Below, in pieces: positions 25,848 to 32,000 of a stretch of DNA of 32,000 nucleotides. The stretch lies in NCBI RefSeq assembly GCF_000012545.1, contig NC_007681.1:960001-992000 (forward strand), in the 5' to 3' direction. Origin of the DNA: Methanosphaera stadtmanae DSM 3091. Lineage in GTDB: Archaea > Methanobacteriota > Methanobacteria > Methanobacteriales > Methanobacteriaceae. A model generated the notes under the pieces. It was not told the origin of the DNA. It made no database searches and saw only the letters and a list, made by a program, of their open reading frames with translations. Position 1 is the first letter of the stretch. The number at the start of each line of letters is the position of its first letter. A program made the position numbers and the translations under genes.

Positions 25848-27485
25848 TTAGCTTGTTGTATTATTAGAAGTAGTTTCATTTGAAACAGTTGTATTATTTT
25901 CATTATGTTTCCAATCATAAATATTACCTAAGAAATCACCACCATGAGGATAAATCTTCTGAGTATTTGGAGATATATCTACTCTATCACTGACAAATAA
26001 TAGGAAAGGTTTTGTTGCAAGAGGTATGTATGGATTGTCCTTTTTAGCAAGTTTATCTACTTCCTTCCAACTATCATAAGAACTATTTAATTCAATATTC
26101 ATGGCATTTTCCATTAATTTATCTACTTGTGGATTATTATAACCAGGTACATTATTCCATCCTTTTCCAGCTAAACTAGAACTATAATATTGATATAACA
26201 TGTAAGGATCTAAATCTCCACCAGAAAATACAAAAGGTTCTGAGGATTTGATGTTTCTTATTTCACTCCATTGTTTTGATTGTGGTATTATTTCTATACC
26301 AAAATCTTTTGCTTGTTGTGATACAGAAAGTGCTATTATTTGATCATCTTGATCATTTGATCCATAATTTAAATTAAAAGAAGCTTTTTTACCATCTTTT
26401 TCAACAATTCCATCTCCATCACTATCTACCCAACCATTACTAGCTAAAATTTCTTTTGCTTGAGTTATATCACCATCAGATAAGCTACTATTTAGTGACC
26501 ATGGTAATGATGATGAAACCACATCATATAAAGGATCTGCAAGGCCATTATATGCTCCTTGTGATATATTTGTACGGTTAATACCAATCATTAATGCTTC
26601 TCTAATTGCAGAGTCTGATGTTATGTCATTTCCTATATATGATTTACCATCTACAGTTTTTTCTTCTGTATTATTCATTACTGGTAATGAAAGATATCGT
26701 CCATCTATAGAATGCATTATTTGTGTATGCATACCATCTATTGTACTGTTTAAATAGGTAACAGGTACTTCTACAACATCTATTTCACCATTTTTTGCAG
26801 CAACAAATGCTGTTTCAGCATCTAAATATACATTGGTTATTTTTCGATAGTATGGTTTTTTTCCATAATAATCCTCATTTCTTTCAAATATTACTTGTTG
26901 ACCTTTATCCCATTGTTTTAATTTATAGGGTCCAGAACCTATAGGATTTTCACCATATGTTATATTATTATATGAATCAGAGGGTACAATACCCACATGT
27001 GCTAATTTATTAATAAATGTTGAATCTGGTCTATTTAATGTAAATTGTATTGTTGTATCATTAACTTTTTGAGCATTATCTAAACTTTCTAAGTTTGTTG
27101 TTTCTCCAGATTCTTTTGCTTTATTATATGTAAATACTACATCTTCAGCTGTTAATGGACTTTCATCTGTAAATTTTATTCCTTCACGAATATTAACAGT
27201 ATATGTTTTTAAATCATCAGATATATTATAACTTGTTGCTAAATCATTAATCAAAGTAGCATTAGAATCATATTTAAATAATGTACTTTGTATTAATGGA
27301 TCATCACGTTTACCCCAACCTGTCATTGGATTAAATCCACTTTCAGGTTCACCACCATGTGCTGCTATACATACAACCAATTCATCATTAGGACGATTTT
27401 GAGAGTTATTGTTTGTAATAACTACCATTATTGCACTTATAATGATAATTACAGCTATAATTGTAATTATATATTTATTTTCCAT
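25848..27485 (-). CDS. Family-5 solute-binding protein (peptide/nickel, OppA/DppA/NikA-like), N-terminally membrane anchored
   Basis: 545 aa. N-terminal TM (IITIIAVIIIISAIMVVI). Family-5 SBP-like blocks (FTDESPLTAEDVVFTYN, GSGPYKLKQWDKGQQVIFERNEDYYG). First gene of the five-gene importer operon. Asn/Thr/Ser-rich C-terminal tail. Confidence 0.8.
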   Translation of the reverse strand: MENKYIITIIAVIIIISAIMVVITNNNSQNRPNDELVVCIAAHGGEPESGFNPMTGWGKRDDPLIQSTLFKYDSNATLINDLATSYNISDDLKTYTVNIREGIKFTDESPLTAEDVVFTYNKAKESGETTNLESLDNAQKVNDTTIQFTLNRPDSTFINKLAHVGIVPSDSYNNITYGENPIGSGPYKLKQWDKGQQVIFERNEDYYGKKPYYRKITNVYLDAETAFVAAKNGEIDVVEVPVTYLNSTIDGMHTQIMHSIDGRYLSLPVMNNTEEKTVDGKSYIGNDITSDSAIREALMIGINRTNISQGAYNGLADPLYDVVSSSLPWSLNSSLSDGDITQAKEILASNGWVDSDGDGIVEKDGKKASFNLNYGSNDQDDQIIALSVSQQAKDFGIEIIPQSKQWSEIRNIKSSEPFVFSGGDLDPYMLYQYYSSSLAGKGWNNVPGYNNPQVDKLMENAMNIELNSSYDSWKEVDKLAKKDNPYIPLATKPFLLFVSDRVDISPNTQKIYPHGGDFLGNIYDWKHNENNTTVSNETTSNNTTS

Positions 27486-27543
27486 TTTTTTTCATCTTCT
27501 TTTTTATTTTTTTCCATGTTTAATTATTAGAAGTTTGTATTGT

Positions 27544-27697
27544 GTATTACTATTAGCTTATTGTACAAGAAAAAAGTAATACTTTTTTTATAACTTGTAA
27601 TAATTAGTAATGATTTAATATTACAATAATATTTAAATGTTACTATTTTTAATAAAAGTAATACGTACATACAGCTACTATCAAAAAAAAGTAATAC
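27544..27697. promoter_or_regulatory. Cluster of AGTAATAC motifs upstream of the ABC importer operon: an inverted pair GTATTACT-N23-AGTAATAC plus two further direct copies
   Basis: Read directly: GTATTACT 27544-27551, AGTAATAC 27575-27582, 27657-27664 and 27690-27697. The direct copies are embedded in A-runs. The cluster lies 59-212 nt upstream of the SBP ATG (27485). Confidence 0.4.
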
Positions 27698-28114
27698 AAA
27701 AAAATTTCTTTCAAAAAAAAAGTAGTTGATTTAAAACCTAGATTATCTATAAAAGCTGTTAGTCCCTTGATTTAAGGTTATACTAATTTAGAACTATACT
27801 CTTTTTATTTTTTTAATATTGTTAAAAATAGTTTTTTATAATAATACTTGTGTTTATTTTATATAAAAAAATACATAAATATACACTAAAATCATTCAAA
27901 AAAGAGATATTTATATGTGTATTTATTATAAACCAATCTAATAAATATGACAAAAATAGCTACAACAGTTAAGTTAACAATGATCTATCACGGCTAAATG
28001 TATTATTATACAAAAACATCACTAAATATTTAATAATTATAAACATAATTAACAATAAAATCTTTTTAAAAAACACTAAAAACAGACACATTCCATATTC
28101 TCAAAAATAAATAA

Positions 28115-28137
28115 AAGAAGAAATAATTATTCTTCTT
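28115..28137 (-). terminator. Hairpin AAGAAGAA-N7-TTCTTCTT overlapping the ferritin stop codon, followed on the minus strand by T-rich sequence
   Basis: Read directly. The minus strand reads GAAGAAGAATAATTATTTCTTCTTTTATTTATTTTTGAG. Confidence 0.35.
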
Positions 28138-28633
28138 CTGTTTGGTTAGTTAATTGTCCATACTCTTTATCTAATAAGTATAGTAATTGTGGTGATTCAA
28201 GTGCCATTTTAACTTTTCTTAAGTCTTCATGTGCCAGTTCTTCTTCCTCTACTTGTTCTTCTACAAACCATAATAAGAATTGATTTGTTGCATGGTCTTT
28301 GATTTTTATACTTAAATCTACAAGATCATGTATAAGTGATGTTACAAGTTCTTCATGTTCTAATATTTCTTCATATACTTCAACAGTATTTTTCCATTCT
28401 CTTTTTGGAGTATCTATTGCTTGTAATACTACACTTCCTCCTTTACGTAGGATATAATCATAGAATTTCATTGCATGATCAAGTTCTTCTTGAGCATGTA
28501 CACGTAGAGCATTACCAAATCCTGGTAAGTCCTTATCTTCAAAATATGTTGCCATGGATAAATATAAGTATCCTGAAGCCATTTCAGCATTTAATTGATC
28601 ATTTAGAGCTTTTTCCATTTTTTTATCTAACAT
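28127..28633 (-). CDS. Ferritin (non-heme, Ftn-type)
   Basis: [23 protein letters not shown]...[21 protein letters not shown]...LEHEELVT carries the ferroxidase-centre E/ExxH ligand pattern of the ferritin-like four-helix bundle. 168 aa. Confidence 0.9.
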   Translation of the reverse strand: MLDKKMEKALNDQLNAEMASGYLYLSMATYFEDKDLPGFGNALRVHAQEELDHAMKFYDYILRKGGSVVLQAIDTPKREWKNTVEVYEEILEHEELVTSLIHDLVDLSIKIKDHATNQFLLWFVEEQVEEEELAHEDLRKVKMALESPQLLYLLDKEYGQLTNQTEEE

Positions 28634-28744
28634 TTTATTTTCTCCATAAATATTTTACAATTTTTATATATAATTTAGTCTTTTAAATAGATTACCCTAT
28701 AATATGAAAATTCAAAACACACAAATAAGTACTATAGGTAAGCT

Positions 28745-29422
28745 TTACCCTAATATATCCACTATTTTTTTCATTAAAGTGTATGTTTTATTTGTTGAAT
28801 CATCTTTTGTTATATTCTCTGGTATTTCATATACAAGTGTTGGATATCCTGACTGTGCTAATGGTTTTGATACTAGTACTGCTGATGTACTGTTATATGT
28901 TTCATTTCCTGTTTTTGGAAAATAATTAAAATCTATGTTTCCATCACGTATTTTTTGGGCAAGAGTTACTGAAGCTTCATCCATTTCTGGTGTTGCAACA
29001 TAAAATCCCTCTCCATATCCCTCAATATGGGAATGACTAATTATTACCACATTTGCATCTGTTTTATTAATATCTGGTACAACATATTTTGATACTAGAT
29101 ATTCACCATTATGTCTACTATTTTTATAGTCATTTGCATCCTTTGTAACTTTAACATCATAATTTATCACATTCACATGTAAATCTGAGGCTATTTTTTG
29201 ACAAGCTTCTTTTTCAGGCTCAATTGCTAGTGTTTCCCTTGGATGTATTCCTGTTATTACTACAATAGTTATATTTGATGCGGGATTTAAATAAGTGGTT
29301 TTTGACACATACCCCACATCATCTGATGCTATTTTAGTAGTAGTACCATTAAATGTAGATAATATGAATCCTATTATGAGTAGTACTAGAATTATAATAA
29401 GAATTTTTTTATATGATTTCAT
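28745..29422 (-). CDS. Membrane-anchored extracytoplasmic protein, candidate M14-like / PghP-like zinc hydrolase
   Basis: N-terminal TM (ILIIILVLLIIGFIL). HxxE motif (GIHPRE), a later His motif (IISHSH, compare the carboxypeptidase A-type IHSY), and a downstream Glu (LVYEIPE). The assignment rests on motifs only. Confidence 0.35.
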   Translation of the reverse strand: MKSYKKILIIILVLLIIGFILSTFNGTTTKIASDDVGYVSKTTYLNPASNITIVVITGIHPRETLAIEPEKEACQKIASDLHVNVINYDVKVTKDANDYKNSRHNGEYLVSKYVVPDINKTDANVVIISHSHIEGYGEGFYVATPEMDEASVTLAQKIRDGNIDFNYFPKTGNETYNSTSAVLVSKPLAQSGYPTLVYEIPENITKDDSTNKTYTLMKKIVDILG

Positions 29423-29513
29423 ATGTATCTAGTCATATATTTATTAGGGAGTTTTAAAATAATTTACAGTTTAAAAAAAGAAGAAATATGTAGGAGGTGA
29501 TTATTTAATTTAA

Positions 29514-30497
29514 TTAGGATTTTCTTGTAAATACAAAATCTGCTAATTTAAATAATGCATCTTTTGCATCAGAATCAGGTAGTATGGAAAGTGCTTGTTT
29601 TGATTCTATTACACAATCATATGCTTTACTTCTTGCATAATTAATTGCACCATATTTTTCTAGTATTTCCATTGCTTCTGGAATGATACTTTCATCATTT
29701 GCTTCAAGTAATTCTACTAATCTATCATGATCTTCTTTATTTGCTTTTTCAAGTGCATAAACAACCATGAGTGTTTTTTTACCCTCTACTAAGTCACTAC
29801 CAACAGGTTTTCCTATTGATTCATCACCAGTAAGATCTATGTAATCATCTTGAATTTGGAATGCAAGACCTATTTGTTTTCCATAAGTTCTTAATGCTTG
29901 TATTTCATTTGAAGATGCTCCACCCATTATTGCACCTATTGTTGTGGAAGCTGTTATTAAGTCTCCTGTTTTTTTATAAATCATATTCATGTATTCATCT
30001 TTTGTTACATTAAATGTGTCTTCAAATGCCATATCTAGTGCTTGTCCTTCACAAATATTTATACATGAATTTGTAAGTACTTGTAGTGCATCAACTACTC
30101 TTTCATATGCAATATTATCTTCTGCTGATTGTGAGAGTAATTCAAATGATTTTGCAAATAATGAATCTCCTGCAAGTATTGCTAATGGTTCACCCCATAC
30201 TTTATGTACTGCTGGTTTTCCCCTTCTAGTATCATCATTATCCATGATATCATCATGTATAAGACTAAATGTATGTGTTAATTCTATGGCTGCTGCTGCT
30301 TTTAGAGCTTTTTCTGGTTTTCCACCTACAGCTTGACAACTGAGGAGTGTTAGTGCTGGTCTGAATTTTTTTCCTCCAGCTTTAATTAAATATTCAGAAG
30401 ATTCATATAAGCTTTCAGGTTCTAATTTACTTAATGAATCATCAATTACTACATCTATTTCTTCTGCATATGCTTTTAATATTTCCATTACATCCAT
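29514..30497 (-). CDS. idsA: Geranylgeranyl diphosphate synthase (short-chain trans-prenyl diphosphate synthase)
   Basis: First Asp-rich motif LIHDDIMDNDDTRRG and second Asp-rich motif FQIQDDYIDL. SD AGGTGAT supports ATG 30497 (MDVMEIL...). The track start GTG 30506 overlaps the RNase J stop. Confidence 0.9.
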   Translation of the reverse strand: MDVMEILKAYAEEIDVVIDDSLSKLEPESLYESSEYLIKAGGKKFRPALTLLSCQAVGGKPEKALKAAAAIELTHTFSLIHDDIMDNDDTRRGKPAVHKVWGEPLAILAGDSLFAKSFELLSQSAEDNIAYERVVDALQVLTNSCINICEGQALDMAFEDTFNVTKDEYMNMIYKKTGDLITASTTIGAIMGGASSNEIQALRTYGKQIGLAFQIQDDYIDLTGDESIGKPVGSDLVEGKKTLMVVYALEKANKEDHDRLVELLEANDESIIPEAMEILEKYGAINYARSKAYDCVIESKQALSILPDSDAKDALFKLADFVFTRKS

Positions 30498-30502
30498 TAT
30501 AA

Positions 30503-31864
30503 TCACCTATTAAATACTTGTGCTTGTCCATTTCTTAGTATATGAACATCGTTTCCTAATTTATATCCTTCTTCTTCTGCTAATTCTACAAATGCTGCAA
30601 GGTGACTTAAATCACCGTGTGCAGGTATTAAATGTTGTGGTTGTAGCATTCTTATAAATTCTCTCATATCTTCAGGTCCTGCATGTCCTGATACATGTAC
30701 ATTATTATATATTCTTGCTCCTCTTTCTTTAAGTCTTCTGTCAAGTAAATCCCTATTTGCAAGATTTATTGGATTTGGTATTGTTGAAGCTGAAAATACT
30801 ACGTTATCTCCAGGTTTAATTTCAAAGTTTGTTTTGTTATTTGCTATTCTTGGTAACAATGCATCAGGTTCTCCTTGATGTCCTGTTACAAGTAACATAT
30901 ACTTTGATCTGTGATCATTTGCTCTTGCTAATGCTTTATTTATGGATTTTGAATTTCCATATACACTTACATTACGTGGTAAGTTTAATATTCCCATTGA
31001 TTCTGCAAGGGAACAGTATCTTTCCATTGAACGACCTAGAATCATGATTTTTCTTCTACTTCTTTCTGCTATTTTTGTAATAGCTTGTATTCTTTCAATA
31101 TGACTTGAGAATGTTGTTACTATAAGACCTTTTCTCTCTTCAAGTGGACCTTTTAGTACATCTTTTAGAAGATCTCTTGTTATTTTTTCTGAGTGTGTTT
31201 TACTTTGTTGTTTTTCTTTAATATTTGTTGTATCCATTATTGCAACTTTCACACCTTTCTTACCTAATTCCCTGAATCTTCTATAATCTGGTGGTGGTGA
31301 TACCATCTGATGATTATCAAATTTAAAGTCGTTTGCATAGATTATTGCACCTTCTGGTGTGTGTAATGCTGCAGTTATTGTTTGAGGTATACTATGGGTT
31401 GTTCTTACAAATTCTAGTGTTAAATTTGGTGAAATTTGTATTTTTTCTCCAGGATTAACTGATTTTAAAGGATTATTTACCTTAAATTTACGTTCTCCTT
31501 TGATTGTTTTTTCAATTAATGCTAGTGTATATGGTGTTGCAATAATTGGTGCTTCATATCTATGTGCTAGTTTTGCTATTGCACCAATATGATCAAGGTG
31601 TCCATGAGTACATACTATTGCTCTTACCTTTCCATCTACTTCCCTCATTAATGTATCATCAGGAATTACTCCCCTTTCTATTAAATCCAAGCTGTGCATT
31701 CTTGATATGTCTGTATCTTCATGAATATGTAACCTATCTAAGTGTATACCCATATCAAATATTACTACATCATCATTAACTTTTATTGCTGTCATGTTTT
31801 TTCCAATTTCTTCGTATCCACCTACAGCGATAACTTCTATTGTCAAATTATATCCTCCTAGCAT
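30503..31864 (-). CDS. rnj: Archaeal RNase J (metallo-beta-lactamase / beta-CASP ribonuclease)
   Basis: N-terminal [19 protein letters not shown], motif [11 protein letters not shown] (HxHxDH), later [10 protein letters not shown] and PAHGD (beta-CASP motifs). Alternative SD-supported start at TTG 31846 (AGGAGGA-tataat-TTG). Confidence 0.85.
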   Translation of the reverse strand: MLGGYNLTIEVIAVGGYEEIGKNMTAIKVNDDVVIFDMGIHLDRLHIHEDTDISRMHSLDLIERGVIPDDTLMREVDGKVRAIVCTHGHLDHIGAIAKLAHRYEAPIIATPYTLALIEKTIKGERKFKVNNPLKSVNPGEKIQISPNLTLEFVRTTHSIPQTITAALHTPEGAIIYANDFKFDNHQMVSPPPDYRRFRELGKKGVKVAIMDTTNIKEKQQSKTHSEKITRDLLKDVLKGPLEERKGLIVTTFSSHIERIQAITKIAERSRRKIMILGRSMERYCSLAESMGILNLPRNVSVYGNSKSINKALARANDHRSKYMLLVTGHQGEPDALLPRIANNKTNFEIKPGDNVVFSASTIPNPINLANRDLLDRRLKERGARIYNNVHVSGHAGPEDMREFIRMLQPQHLIPAHGDLSHLAAFVELAEEEGYKLGNDVHILRNGQAQVFNR

Positions 31865-32000
31865 ATTTTTTTGTGTCTATATCTAATTCATTTAATATTT
31901 CTCTTGTTTTTCCAGTTATTATAAGCCTTTTTTGTTTTAATTCTTCAATATTTGAAGCACCTACAAGAAACATAGCTGTTTTTAGTTCATGTGTAAATTG
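31848..32000 (-). CDS. fni: 3' end of type-2 isopentenyl-diphosphate delta-isomerase (FMN-dependent IDI-2), partial
   Basis: Own translation: [50 protein letters not shown] (stop 31850-31848). It resembles the IDI-2 C-terminus pattern (...M.L.G...I.EL...). The position upstream of RNase J and idsA matches the synteny I recall from methanogens. Confidence 0.55.
   Translation of the reverse strand, partial: QFTHELKTAMFLVGASNIEELKQKRLIITGKTREILNELDIDTKKYARRI

Noticed and set aside
27486-27520. Tiny upstream ORF (ATG 27517, MEKNKKEDEKKWKINI*) overlapping the SBP start out of frame
   Set aside because: It has no SD, lies in A-rich sequence where such ORFs arise by chance, and has no support beyond its existence.
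28336-28925. Plus-strand ORFs 28336..28686 (opposite ferritin) and 28704..28925 (opposite the membrane-anchored hydrolase candidate)
   Set aside because: The ferritin assignment on the minus strand is unambiguous. The second ORF overlaps the 3' end of a longer minus-strand ORF that has a TM anchor and metal-ligand motifs.
29989-31779. Plus-strand ORFs 29989..30336, 30829..31047 and 31546..31779 opposite idsA and RNase J
   Set aside because: They are antisense to genes with diagnostic catalytic motifs (DDxxD; HxHxDH).
1-32000. Looked for tRNA/rRNA genes, CRISPR arrays, transposases/integrases and IS inverted repeats
   Set aside because: The only GC-rich structured elements are short terminator-type hairpins. 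There are no cloverleaf-sized GC islands, no regularly spaced direct repeats of 25-40 bp, and no ORF with DDE, tyrosine- or serine-recombinase motifs.

Overview
Very AT-rich archaeal chromosome segment. Three things point to Methanobacteriales, most like a gut Methanosphaera-type methanogen (this is inference): Shine-Dalgarno motifs (GGAGG/AGGTGAT) in front of most genes, giant Asn/Thr-rich surface proteins, and an IDI2 / aRNase J / GGPP synthase cluster.

Gene content, left to right:
- 3' end of a Ser/Asn-rich ORF, then two small hypothetical genes.
- TrkH K+ transporter, convergent with a minus-strand operon of two paralogous 6TM voltage-sensor-type K+ channels plus two small soluble proteins.
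- Two adhesin-like Asn/Thr-rich surface proteins (727 aa and about 1790 aa) with beta-helix repeats and C-terminal Ig-like modules.
- An overlapping class-II glutamine amidotransferase / glutamate-cysteine-ligase-like pair.
- A small accessory-looking island bounded by long non-coding flanks. It holds a truncated Panacea/SocA-like (DUF4065) ORF between two diverged tandem copies of an uncharacterised ~107-aa gene.
- Divergent flavodoxin and iron-sulfur flavoprotein genes, an alpha/beta hydrolase and a GNAT-like protein.
- A five-gene Opp/Dpp/Nik-type ABC importer with a repeated AGTAATAC motif in its promoter region.
- Ferritin, a membrane-anchored M14/PghP-like zinc hydrolase candidate, GGPP synthase, archaeal RNase J, and the 3' end of IDI-2.

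I saw no rRNA, tRNA, CRISPR array or transposase. Several ORF-track starts appear too long and were re-set to SD-supported starts; these are noted per feature.

The best candidates for something undescribed are the Panacea-fragment / duplicated small-gene locus (17.3-18.4 kb), the EgtC-like/EgtA-like gamma-glutamyl gene pair (14.5-16.7 kb), the K+-channel operon with two unknown partners (3.5-6.2 kb), and an Ntn-hydrolase-like domain embedded in an adhesin (6.7-7.4 kb). All functional calls rest on motif recognition by eye. No database search was possible.
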